From NCBI GenBank assembly GCA_003660975.1, contig QMVG01000002.1:32001-96000 (forward strand): a stretch of 64,000 nucleotides of DNA, in the 5' to 3' direction. Below the pieces are notes generated by a model. That model did not search any database. It worked only from the letters and a program-made list of their open reading frames with translations, and was not told where the DNA came from. The stretch's first letter is position 1, and every line of letters starts with the position of its first letter. The position numbers and the translations under genes are program-made. The stretch is from Candidatus Micrarchaeota archaeon. GTDB lineage: Archaea > B1Sed10-29 > B47-G15. Positions 40,955 to 49,520 of the stretch are shown in pieces.

Positions 40955-41054
40955 CTGCCGGTTTTGAGGCCCAGAAAGAGCGCAAAACCAGCAGGCTAAC
41001 TCATTGATTAAACACTGTAAATATAAACGCTGAGGCCTGCTTTCTGCTTTGCAT
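40955..41054 (-). ncRNA. Putative structured leader RNA or small RNA with possible pseudoknot
   Basis: 12-bp stem 40994-40983/40966-40955 (one G-U on minus strand); 7-bp stem 41041-41035/40996-40990 plus CTCA/TGAG; CAGAAAG (41046-41040) is complementary to loop CTTTCTG (40978-40972). Confidence 0.45.
41001..41054 (-). CDS. Putative 17-aa Phe-rich leader peptide (uORF)
   Basis: MQSRKQASAFIFTVFNQ*, three TTT codons within six; ATG about 23 nt downstream of TATAAATA. Confidence 0.3.
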   Translation of the reverse strand: MQSRKQASAFIFTVFNQ

Positions 41055-41076
41055 GAAAATATTATTTTTTAGCTTT

Positions 41077-41092
41077 TATTTATATCTTTTCC
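41077..41092 (-). promoter_or_regulatory. Putative BRE-TATA promoter
   Basis: Minus-strand GGAAAAGA-TATAAATA; predicted TSS near 41054. Confidence 0.45.
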
Positions 41093-41179
41093 TGGCACCC
41101 TGAAGAACACTCTCTTCAATACTTATCAGTTATTTCCAAACTTACTTACTACTAACTTATTTAAGCTTCTTGCTTTCGC

Positions 41180-41398
41180 TTATATTACTCCTGCCTCTTC
41201 CTTTACTGCATCTACAAACATATCACTGCACTCATCAGAGCAAAAATGATATGTATGCTCCACTCCCTGCCCATCCACTTCCATTGTTATTCTATCCGTG
41301 AACAATGCCTTCCCTGTCATCAGTTTTCCACAGTAGTCGCACCTATGGATTACTCTGCCACAGGTATCGCAAATCCAAAACTCCTCTTTTTTCACCAT
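41180..41398 (-). CDS. Small Zn-finger protein (TRASH/YHS-like plus an extra CxxC)
   Basis: CDTC...CDYCG...YHFCSDEC; GAGGT SD. Confidence 0.78.
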   Translation of the reverse strand: MVKKEEFWICDTCGRVIHRCDYCGKLMTGKALFTDRITMEVDGQGVEHTYHFCSDECSDMFVDAVKEEAGVI

Positions 41399-41572
41399 CT
41401 TTATTACCTCATTGACTAATGCAATAGTTAATATAAAAAGCCCACCATCTTATAGTTGTAAAATAAATCATAACTCTGATCCTTTTTAGCTTTGAGTTTC
41501 AAAATCAAGCGCATTGCTTATTTTTGGGCCTTCTCTTTATAAATATCTTTTTACGTAATGCATATGGTGCTT

Positions 41573-41968
41573 ATGAAATTCGTTTTGGATGCGAGTGCTT
41601 TCATCAATGCTTCTGCCCTTGACGTGAATGAAGGTGATAGTTACTATACTGTATCAGACGTTGAAGAAGAGATAAAAGATGCATCCTCCAAAGGCTTGTT
41701 GGAGAGATTGAAGGCCTCTAAGGCCTTGGTGTTTTTGAGCCCTTCAAAAGAAGCCATAAAAATAGTGGAAAAAGCCGCGTCTAGGTTGGGAAGCATAAGG
41801 CATCTGAGCAATACAGATATAAAGGTGCTGGCCCTTGCCCTTGATTTGAAAGCCACATTAATCTCAGATGACTTCACCATGCAAAACGTTGCTATGGACC
41901 TTGGCATAAGCTTTGAGGCTGTTTTGAGAGGCAAGATAAAAGAAAAGAAGCGTTTCAGGAAGATTTAA
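41573..41968 (+). CDS. Nob1-family PIN nuclease lacking the Zn ribbon
   Basis: VLDASAFI, LSNTDIKVLALA, LISDDFTMQNVA; ends GKIKEKKRFRKI. Confidence 0.85.
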   Translation: MKFVLDASAFINASALDVNEGDSYYTVSDVEEEIKDASSKGLLERLKASKALVFLSPSKEAIKIVEKAASRLGSIRHLSNTDIKVLALALDLKATLISDDFTMQNVAMDLGISFEAVLRGKIKEKKRFRKI

Positions 41969-42789
41969 AGCTCTTTTTTAGGTAAGCTTATTTCCTCTTC
42001 ACCAGCAAAGCTTTCTATTACGAGAGAAGCAATTTGCTTTCTGTAAATAATCACCAGTACAAGCAGTATTAACAATGTAATGCTGTATATCGGTTTTTCT
42101 ATCAGAAAGGCCACCAAGCCTGTTGCTAATCTCTGCAGGTCAAATGTCTCGCTTATAGTCTTTTCAACAGAGAATTTAAATTCAAACGTGTCAGCCAGCA
42201 ATGGCTTGTTCCAGATGTAGACAAGCCTTCCTCCTGTTAACACACCTTTAACAACCTTCGCGCCTTCCACAATCTCGCTATCAGGTCTTGGATTTACACC
42301 TATGATTTCCAGTCTTTTTGAAGGAGATATCTTTATCTCAAGCGTATTTTTTCTAGGTATGACAAAACGCTTGGTTTCATTGTGGTAGTAAAGAAAGTCC
42401 TCTCCTCTAAGAACCCTAATTACTGCTCTTGGCCTCTCTTCTGATATTTTTGCCAGGTTTTTAACTTTGTATTGTATAACAATGTCTGTTCCGAATTGGG
42501 GGTCTGTTTCTGTGCTTACGCTGACGTCTTCAATATTCCCCTTAACATAAAAATCAATGTCATTCAAAAAGCTCTTCCAAAGATTAAGGTCATTTTTGGC
42601 AATTATGCTAAGGTTATGTAGTTGTTCAAACTCAGAGGTATTTTGTATGTCTACTTTATATTCTTCTGTTACTATAGCATCTCCATTTTCTTCTAAGATT
42701 ATTTCTACATTGTGACCTATCAACTCCTTTGCATATGCAGGTCCTAACAATACCATAAAAAGCAAAAACAATGCAATAACTCTTTTCAT
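41965..42789 (-). CDS. Exported protein with C-terminal TM anchor
   Basis: Signal peptide MKRVIALF...AYA; beta-rich ectodomain; C-terminal TM and short tail. Confidence 0.75.
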   Translation of the reverse strand: MKRVIALFLLFMVLLGPAYAKELIGHNVEIILEENGDAIVTEEYKVDIQNTSEFEQLHNLSIIAKNDLNLWKSFLNDIDFYVKGNIEDVSVSTETDPQFGTDIVIQYKVKNLAKISEERPRAVIRVLRGEDFLYYHNETKRFVIPRKNTLEIKISPSKRLEIIGVNPRPDSEIVEGAKVVKGVLTGGRLVYIWNKPLLADTFEFKFSVEKTISETFDLQRLATGLVAFLIEKPIYSITLLILLVLVIIYRKQIASLVIESFAGEEEISLPKKEL

Positions 42790-42833
42790 AACCCTCACCT
42801 ATTTGATGGCTTTTAGCGCTTTTAAAGATTTTG

Positions 42834-43733
42834 TCAAACGCTCAACTTCATAAAATCTTCAGCAACTTCTGTGTTTCTGAATATCTGCTTTGCCTCCTTT
42901 TTTAGTATCTTAACATCCTCATAACGGGGGCTGAAATGAGTTAGAATTAGTTGCTTTACTTCTGCCTCTTTCGCAATCCTAGCTGCATCCCTTGCTGTCA
43001 TATGGCCATAATCATGTGCCTTTTCTTTTATAACATCGCTAAAGGTGGCCTCCATTATAAGCAGGTCAGAACCCCTTACATAATCTACAATTTTTTTAGA
43101 GGGATTGGCATCCATTACTATAGATATCTTCCGTAGGTGCTTTTCCTTTACGAGCACATCCTCAGGTTTTATTACTTTGCCCCTGAACCTTATGCTTTTT
43201 CCCTCTTTTAACTGTCTGCAAAGCGGATTGTTTAGCAACCCCAGTTTCTTGAGTTTCTTTTTGTCCAGATTCGGCTCTTTTTTTTCTTCAAACACAAAAG
43301 CATAGCAAGGACAAGTGTGCTCAACGCTGAAAGCAGTTACTGAGTAGTCCTTGTTCTCAAAAATAACTCCGTCCTTTTTTATCTGGTGGACAATTACTTT
43401 ATAGGAAGGCTCAAAGTAATCCCAATTTACATAAAAATTAACGTGCCTTCTTATGCCAGATGGACCAAATATGTGCAGCTCTCCATCTCTCTTCATCAAG
43501 CTTAGGGATTGGATTAGACCTCCAAGACCAAGCACGTGGTCTGCGTGCAGATGACTTATAAAGATGTTTTGAACTTTGTAAGGGCTTATTCCAGCTATTG
43601 CTAACTGTCTTTGTGTCCCTTCCCCACAATCGAACAGCATTGAGTTTCCTCTAAACTTTAGGTGAATACTGGGGTGGTTTCTGCTTTTTGTTGGAAGGGA
43701 AGCTGAGGTCCCAAGAAATGTTACTTCTATCAT
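42834..43733 (-). CDS. rnz: Ribonuclease Z
   Basis: FLGTS, FDCGEGTQRQ, SHLHADHVLG, exosite, EATF, THFSPRY. Confidence 0.96.
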   Translation of the reverse strand: MIEVTFLGTSASLPTKSRNHPSIHLKFRGNSMLFDCGEGTQRQLAIAGISPYKVQNIFISHLHADHVLGLGGLIQSLSLMKRDGELHIFGPSGIRRHVNFYVNWDYFEPSYKVIVHQIKKDGVIFENKDYSVTAFSVEHTCPCYAFVFEEKKEPNLDKKKLKKLGLLNNPLCRQLKEGKSIRFRGKVIKPEDVLVKEKHLRKISIVMDANPSKKIVDYVRGSDLLIMEATFSDVIKEKAHDYGHMTARDAARIAKEAEVKQLILTHFSPRYEDVKILKKEAKQIFRNTEVAEDFMKLSV

Positions 43734-43785
43734 AATTTTATTGAGTACTAACAACTTTTTATATCCAATATGTATATTTTTAAAT

Positions 43786-45132
43786 ATGTTTGATTTTTCT
43801 CCTTCCATACTTAATGCAGACGTTGATTATATTGAATTTCGGGCTTCTAAGATCTTGTCAAACAGCATATCTGTTAAAAATGCAAGGCTTGAGAAAGTTA
43901 GCAGTGATACTGCAGAGGACTTTTGTTTTAGGGTTATGGTAGATGGAGCATGGGGCATGGCCTCAAGCAATCGCTTTGATAAGATAGATAAAATTAAGAA
44001 GGAAGCCATAAAGATGGCAAAGCTTGCTAAGAAAAGAACCTTGGAGTCTTTCCTAAGCGAGGAGAAAACGCATACGGACAGTGTGGAAGCTAAAGTAAAG
44101 GTTAAGAACGAGGACATTCCAATAGACAGAAAAATCAAAGACTTAATTGAAATGAACAAAGAGATGAAAATAGACAAAAGAATAGTGAATTACTCCCTGC
44201 AGTTGTCTGAGCTTAAAACTGAAAAATACTTTATTAATTCTGAATCAACAGAGATTTTTTTAAAGCAACAGGACACTTTGCTCTCTTTTTCCTCATACGC
44301 AAAGGCAGGCATTTTGCAATCCAGCCACGATGTTTTTGGGGCTCAGAAAGGATATGAGTTAGTCAAAGAGAATTGGGGTAAGGGAAGAAGGAATGCAGAG
44401 AAAAGCATATCTCTGTTGTATGCCAAGAGAATAAAGCCAGGTTCTTATGATGTGGTGTTAGATGGAAAGATGGCAGGTGTCTTAGCCCATGAGGCAGTGG
44501 GCCATGCGAGTGAAGCAGACGCCGTGTTAACTGGAGAGTCATGTTTTTCCGGAAAACTAGGAAAGCGCCTGGCCTCCGAGCTTGTGAGCATTGTTGATAA
44601 TCCAAGGTTGAAATATCAATATGGCTCTTACCCTTATGATGATGAGGGGGTTAAAAGCAGTAAGACCTCTATAATTGAGAAAGGGATATTAAAGACATAT
44701 CTTCACTCAAGAGAAACAGCATACAAGTTAAATAGCAAGTCCACAGCCAACGCTAGAGCGCAGCACACCAATAGATTTCAATTAGTTAGGATGAGCAACA
44801 CTTATTTTGATGTTGGTGATTTTAGTAGAGATGAAATTTTTGATTTAAAGCACGGCATATATCTGGAGGGCAGCAGTGGAGGCGTTGTTGATGTCAGTAC
44901 AGGTGATTTTCAGTTCGCAGCAGAGTTGGGCAAGACAATAAAGAATGGTGAAGAAACAGGGCTACTGAGAGACGTGGTTATACATGGAAACATTCTTAAG
45001 GTTTTGCAAAAAGTTGACGCTCTTGGAAAGAAAATATACCTGAATCCTGGAATTTGTGGAAAGGGTTCACAGCTGGTGAGGGTTAGCAGTGGCGGGCCAC
45101 TTGTAAGAATCAGAGGTGTTAATCTTGCATGA
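43786..45132 (+). CDS. tldD: TldD family metalloprotease
   Basis: HEAVGHASEAD, YDDEGV, RMSNTY, GICGKGSQ. Confidence 0.93.
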   Translation: MFDFSPSILNADVDYIEFRASKILSNSISVKNARLEKVSSDTAEDFCFRVMVDGAWGMASSNRFDKIDKIKKEAIKMAKLAKKRTLESFLSEEKTHTDSVEAKVKVKNEDIPIDRKIKDLIEMNKEMKIDKRIVNYSLQLSELKTEKYFINSESTEIFLKQQDTLLSFSSYAKAGILQSSHDVFGAQKGYELVKENWGKGRRNAEKSISLLYAKRIKPGSYDVVLDGKMAGVLAHEAVGHASEADAVLTGESCFSGKLGKRLASELVSIVDNPRLKYQYGSYPYDDEGVKSSKTSIIEKGILKTYLHSRETAYKLNSKSTANARAQHTNRFQLVRMSNTYFDVGDFSRDEIFDLKHGIYLEGSSGGVVDVSTGDFQFAAELGKTIKNGEETGLLRDVVIHGNILKVLQKVDALGKKIYLNPGICGKGSQLVRVSSGGPLVRIRGVNLA

Positions 45133-46375
45133 GCTCATAGAGAGAGCTTTAAAATATGTGGATGAGGTAGAGATTTCCAGAGCAAGGACTAGTTCAAAGG
45201 AATTTAAGATGCTTCTTAACAGCTTTGAGGTTTTTGAAGCAGGCAGTTATGAAGCTTTCACTCTCAGAATCATAAACAAAGGTCACATTGGTTTTTCTTA
45301 TTTTGAAAAAGCTGAGCAGTTCAGCGAAGCCCTTCGCAGAGCAATAAAACTTTCAAAATTTTCAAAGAAAATAAACCCACACTTTCCAGAAAGGCAAAGG
45401 TATAGAAAGGTGAAGGTTTATCACAACTCCTTAGAGAAGGCAGATGAGCATTTTGTGGAAAGCCTCTCTGACGCTGTTTCTGTTTTTGACAAAGGTCCTG
45501 TTAGGCACATACAGTCAAGATTATCGCTGTCCTTTTCTGAAAATGAGATCGTTAATTCCAATGGTCTGGAGATGAAAAGAAAAGAGTCCTTGCTGTCTTT
45601 CTTAAGCTCTGCCAATTCAAAAGGAATGACTCTCTATGATGTAAAGTCATCAAGAAAACTTTTTGACATGAGGGCTTTTTCAAAAGAAGTCAGAAAGAGG
45701 ACAATGATTATGCGGAATGCGAAAAAGCTTGTTGGGGATTTTAACCTTATATTGTCAGCAGACGTTATTGAAACGCTATTTGATTATTTTCTCTTGCCTG
45801 CTGTAAACGGCAAGGCCGTATTTGAGAATAGAAGCCCATTAGCAGGGCAGCTTGGCCGTAAGATAGCTTCTGAATCTCTGAATCTTATTGAAGAGCCGCT
45901 TATTGATTACAGGCCTTCCTCTTCTTTTGCAGATGATGAAGGTGTTCCTTGCAAAAGAAAATTTTTGATTAAGGAAGGGCTGCTTAATACATTTCTTTTC
46001 AATATTGAAACAGCTGCAGAAACTTCGGAGAAAACGACAGGAAACGGCTTTAAGTATAAGTTCTCGAAACCACCGGGCATAGGGCTAACTAATCTCCTAT
46101 GCGAAAGCAATGAAGTTCAAGATATTCCAAGTAAGGCAGTTTTGATAAAAAGCATTATGGGTTTGCACAATGCTAATCGAAGCAGTGGTGATTTCTCAAT
46201 ACAATTACGAGAAGCATACATTTTAAATAAAGGCGAAATTGGAAGGGGAGTGATTTCATCAGAATGGAGAGGCAATTTTTTTGACATTCTGAAGCAAGTT
46301 AATCTTGTTGAAATGTATGAAGTGGGAAGTTATTACCAAGGACCTCTGTGGCAAATAAAAGGCAAACTGCTATAA
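45116..46375 (+). CDS. TldE/PmbA family protein
   Basis: DDEGVP, TTGNG, MGLHNANRSSGDFS; no HExxxH motif; overlaps tldD. Confidence 0.85.
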   Translation: MLILHELIERALKYVDEVEISRARTSSKEFKMLLNSFEVFEAGSYEAFTLRIINKGHIGFSYFEKAEQFSEALRRAIKLSKFSKKINPHFPERQRYRKVKVYHNSLEKADEHFVESLSDAVSVFDKGPVRHIQSRLSLSFSENEIVNSNGLEMKRKESLLSFLSSANSKGMTLYDVKSSRKLFDMRAFSKEVRKRTMIMRNAKKLVGDFNLILSADVIETLFDYFLLPAVNGKAVFENRSPLAGQLGRKIASESLNLIEEPLIDYRPSSSFADDEGVPCKRKFLIKEGLLNTFLFNIETAAETSEKTTGNGFKYKFSKPPGIGLTNLLCESNEVQDIPSKAVLIKSIMGLHNANRSSGDFSIQLREAYILNKGEIGRGVISSEWRGNFFDILKQVNLVEMYEVGSYYQGPLWQIKGKLL

Positions 46376-46432
46376 TTGTATACACAATACTGAGATAATC
46401 AAAAAACAAAATTAGAAAAAATGAAGAAGAAG

Positions 46433-46660
46433 TTACTTCTTTCTCTTTGTTGTCTTCCTTTTTGTTGTTGTCTTCTTCCTTGTAGTTTTCTTCTTAGTAG
46501 TCTTCTTTTTTGTTGTCTTTCTCTTTGTTGTCTTCCTTTTTGTTGTTGTCTTCTTCCTTGTAGTTTTCTTCTTAGTAGTCTTCTTTTTTGTTGTCTTCTT
46601 CTTAGTAGTCCTCTTCTTCACAGTTTTTTTCTTTCTCGTAGTCTTCTTTTTAGTTACCAT
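46433..46660 (-). CDS. Lys/Thr/Arg-rich repeat protein (histone H1-tail/protamine-like)
   Basis: MVTKKKTTRKKKTVKKRTT(KKKTT)n...; purine-rich SD, TATA-like TTTAAATG upstream; third-position variation among repeat units. Confidence 0.72.
   Translation of the reverse strand: MVTKKKTTRKKKTVKKRTTKKKTTKKKTTKKKTTRKKTTTKRKTTKRKTTKKKTTKKKTTRKKTTTKRKTTKRKK
46438..46597. repeat. Exact 78-bp tandem duplication (26 codons) built from about 15-bp KKKTT units
   Basis: Unit CTTTCTCTTTGTTGTCTTCC... starts at 46439 and again at 46517. Confidence 0.9.
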
Positions 46661-46721
46661 CCTCATCCCTCATAAAGATTTATATTTTCTGCTAATCATT
46701 AAGCATTTAAAAAACTTTCGT

Positions 46722-47594
46722 TTAGATTTTTTTCTTAGCTGTTTTGTCAACACTTATCTTATGTATATACCTCTTAAGAGACCTGTGAACTCTGCTTTCA
46801 AATATCTCTCCATCTACATCATCTATATTTAACCTCTTGTTGTAAACAAAAACAACATGCCCCTTTCTATTCACCATCTCTGTTAGCATTCCTATTATCT
46901 TGCCTTCAAAGTCACACTCATTTTTTATTTTGCTTCCTCTTCCATACGGCAAATCGCTCACAACTGCATCTGCTTTTACAGTGCTTTCAAAAGCATTGCA
47001 CACAAAAACATCTGCCTTTATACCTAAGTGCCTTAAGTTTATGTTTGCAGCTTCCACCATTTTTTCACTTACATCGCTGCCGATAACTTTCATTCCCATA
47101 AGACCTGCTTCGATAAGTATAGAACCAGTGCCACAAAAGGGGTCATAAACTGTTTCCCCTTCTCTTACTTCTGCCATGTTTAGCAGCAATCTGGAAAACT
47201 CTGCCTTCATTGTTACATGGCTTTTCATCTGGTATTCTCTTTTTATCTTTCTAAAACGCCAAAGTTCCTTACCAAAAATTACGCTGTCACCCACCTTTTC
47301 TGCTCTGACAATGTTTTCTGGAGAACTTAGGTTGACCTTTCCTTTTAGAAACTTAGGCAACTCAAGTTCTAAGTCTCTCTTTGCCTCAATTCTATACTGG
47401 CCGAGATAATCATCATAATTGTTTAACTCTGCAACGTAATGCGAAAGCACCAATCTGGAAAATGGAAATGCTTTGTCTATTATCACAATTCCGTTTTCAT
47501 CATAATGTTTAATAATTTCAACTTCGTAAGTTTTACATAGAGATTTTATTTCTTCAAATGCAAGAGGTAACCTTTTCAACTTTATGAAGAACAT
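46722..47594 (-). CDS. tRNA m2G10 methyltransferase-like (Trm11/TrmG10 family)
   Basis: YDPFCGTGSILIEA, SDLPYG, RVHRSLKRYI; reduced THUMP region. Confidence 0.82.
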   Translation of the reverse strand: MFFIKLKRLPLAFEEIKSLCKTYEVEIIKHYDENGIVIIDKAFPFSRLVLSHYVAELNNYDDYLGQYRIEAKRDLELELPKFLKGKVNLSSPENIVRAEKVGDSVIFGKELWRFRKIKREYQMKSHVTMKAEFSRLLLNMAEVREGETVYDPFCGTGSILIEAGLMGMKVIGSDVSEKMVEAANINLRHLGIKADVFVCNAFESTVKADAVVSDLPYGRGSKIKNECDFEGKIIGMLTEMVNRKGHVVFVYNKRLNIDDVDGEIFESRVHRSLKRYIHKISVDKTAKKKI

Positions 47595-47603
47595 GTGATT
47601 ATA

Positions 47604-49520
47604 ATGGTGGAGAAATTACTTAAAAGCAACTTCAAGACAACTGAGGAACTGGAAGTTCCAAAAAGATTGGTAGACCAGATAATCGGTCAGGACACTGGAG
47701 TTGAATTAATAAAAAAAGCAGCTAAGCAAAAGAGGAATATATTGCTGCTCGGTGAACCAGGCACAGGCAAGTCAATGCTTGCCCAAGCAATGGCAGAGCT
47801 TTTGCCAACTGAAAATCTTGAGGATTTTCTTGTATACCCAAATAAAGACGATCCCAACAATCCTAAGGTTAAAACAGTGCCTGCAGGCACTGGTCGAAAA
47901 ATAGTGGAGGAAGAGAAAAAAAAGCTTATGAGGGAACAGGCGCCAGTGCCTGATGTAAAGAATGCGCCTGCCCTGTTTATGGCCCTAAATCTGGTATTTA
48001 TTCTGGGAATAGCAGCTGCCATATACTTTAAGATTGTATCAGATGTTATCCTGGCTGCTTTTATCATATTGGGCGGATTGGGAATGTTTGGCCTTATGTT
48101 TGCCTCCTCATTGGTTACTGGTTTGAAGACATTTAGGTTAGGTGGCTCTGCAGAGCAGATGGCACCAAAATTGCTAATAGATAATTCAAACAAAAAAATA
48201 GCGCCTTTCGTTGAAGCTACCGGGGCCAGAGCAGGGGCTTTACTAGGGGATGTGAGGCATGACCCTTATCAATCAGGAGGCTTGGGCACCCCTGCCCATT
48301 TGAGGATAGAGCCAGGAATGATTCACAAGGCGCATAAAGGAGTGCTGTTTATTGATGAGATATCTACGCTTTCCCCCAAGAGCCAGCAGGAGTTGTTGAC
48401 AGCCCTACAGGAGAAGAAATATGCCATTACTGGGCAATCAGAGTTGTCTTCAGGGGCTATGGTCAGAACAAACCCTGTACCATGTGATTTTATTCTTGTA
48501 GCTTCAGGTAATTTGATGGACCTCCAGCATATGCACCCTGCTTTGAGGTCTAGGATAAGAGGATATGGCTACGAGATATATCTCAACGAAACGATGCCTG
48601 ACACGCTTGAAAACAGGGAACTTCTCGCAAGGTTTGTTGCCCAGGAAGTCAAAAAGGATGGAAGAATCCCGCACTTTACAAGGGAAGCAGTGACTGAGAT
48701 TATAAGAGAGGCAAAAAGAAGAGCAAGCATGAAAAACAGGTTGACATTGAAGCTGCGGGATCTGGGAGGTCTTGTTAGGGCAGCTGGCGACATAGCTAGG
48801 TCAGAGGGCGCTGATTACGTGAGCAAGGAACATGTTTTAAAAGCAAAGAAGTTTGCTAGGACTCTGGAGCAGCAGCTGGCGGATAGGCAGATTCATCTGA
48901 AAAAGGAATACGAGTTGATAAACGTAAAAGGCTATGCTGTCGGAAAGGTGAATGGCTTAGCGGTAATAGGCGAGGGAGGAATCCTGCTTCCGATAGAAGC
49001 AGAGGTTGCCCCTGCTCAAAGTGAAAGAGAAGGGAAGATAATAGCTACAGGAAAGCTTGGAGAAATAGCCAAAGAGGCAGTACAGAATGTTTCTGCTGTT
49101 TTCAAGAAATACAAAGGCACAGACATAAGCTCTCTTGATGTTCACATACAGTTCTTGCAGACCTATGAAGGTGTTGAAGGTGATTCTGCCAGTGTAAGTG
49201 TGGCAACTGCTGTTATAAGTGCCCTTGAAAGGATTCCAGTGAAGCAGGATGTGGCTATGACCGGCAGCCTGTCTGTTAAGGGCGAGGTTTTGCCTGTCGG
49301 AGGCATAACAGCCAAAGTAGAGGCAGCAATTGATGCTGGCATTAAGCAAATTATAATTCCGTCTGCCAATAAAGATGATTTAGCAATAGACCCAAAGCGA
49401 TTGAGAAAAATAAAGATAACAACTGCAGACAATATCTGTGACGTGTTAAAAATAGCTCTGAAGGAAGGCAAGAAAAAAAGGCAGTTGATTTCCAAGATAA
49501 AGAAAATAATATCAGAGTAA
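47604..49520 (+). CDS. lonB: Membrane-anchored Lon protease LonB
   Basis: GEPGTGKS, TM hairpin, GDVRHDP, EGDSAS, PVGGITAK Ser-Lys dyad. Confidence 0.96.
   Translation: MVEKLLKSNFKTTEELEVPKRLVDQIIGQDTGVELIKKAAKQKRNILLLGEPGTGKSMLAQAMAELLPTENLEDFLVYPNKDDPNNPKVKTVPAGTGRKIVEEEKKKLMREQAPVPDVKNAPALFMALNLVFILGIAAAIYFKIVSDVILAAFIILGGLGMFGLMFASSLVTGLKTFRLGGSAEQMAPKLLIDNSNKKIAPFVEATGARAGALLGDVRHDPYQSGGLGTPAHLRIEPGMIHKAHKGVLFIDEISTLSPKSQQELLTALQEKKYAITGQSELSSGAMVRTNPVPCDFILVASGNLMDLQHMHPALRSRIRGYGYEIYLNETMPDTLENRELLARFVAQEVKKDGRIPHFTREAVTEIIREAKRRASMKNRLTLKLRDLGGLVRAAGDIARSEGADYVSKEHVLKAKKFARTLEQQLADRQIHLKKEYELINVKGYAVGKVNGLAVIGEGGILLPIEAEVAPAQSEREGKIIATGKLGEIAKEAVQNVSAVFKKYKGTDISSLDVHIQFLQTYEGVEGDSASVSVATAVISALERIPVKQDVAMTGSLSVKGEVLPVGGITAKVEAAIDAGIKQIIIPSANKDDLAIDPKRLRKIKITTADNICDVLKIALKEGKKKRQLISKIKKIISE

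Noticed and set aside
40955-41047. Structured region as fluoride riboswitch, SECIS, HDV or hammerhead ribozyme, or C/D sRNA
   Set aside because: Only fragments match (TGAGGCCC, ATAAACGCT, TTGATTA/CTGA). It lacks the fluoride P1 GCGAU/CGC pairing, HDV P3/P4, the hammerhead core and C'/D' spacing, so it is kept as unclassified
40836-41560. tRNA as an integration site for an island
   Set aside because: No integrase, no duplicated tRNA 3' end seen, and the flanks are housekeeping genes
46438-46597. Tandem repeat as a possible CRISPR array
   Set aside because: No unique spacers, unit lengths are multiples of 3, it is coding, and no cas genes are present
46421-46675. Plus-strand 84-aa Cys/Leu-rich ORF, which could look like a TldD/E-processed peptide precursor
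   Set aside because: Best explained as the antisense shadow of the Lys/Thr repeat gene, which has an SD, a promoter and synonymous variation; no modifying enzymes are nearby
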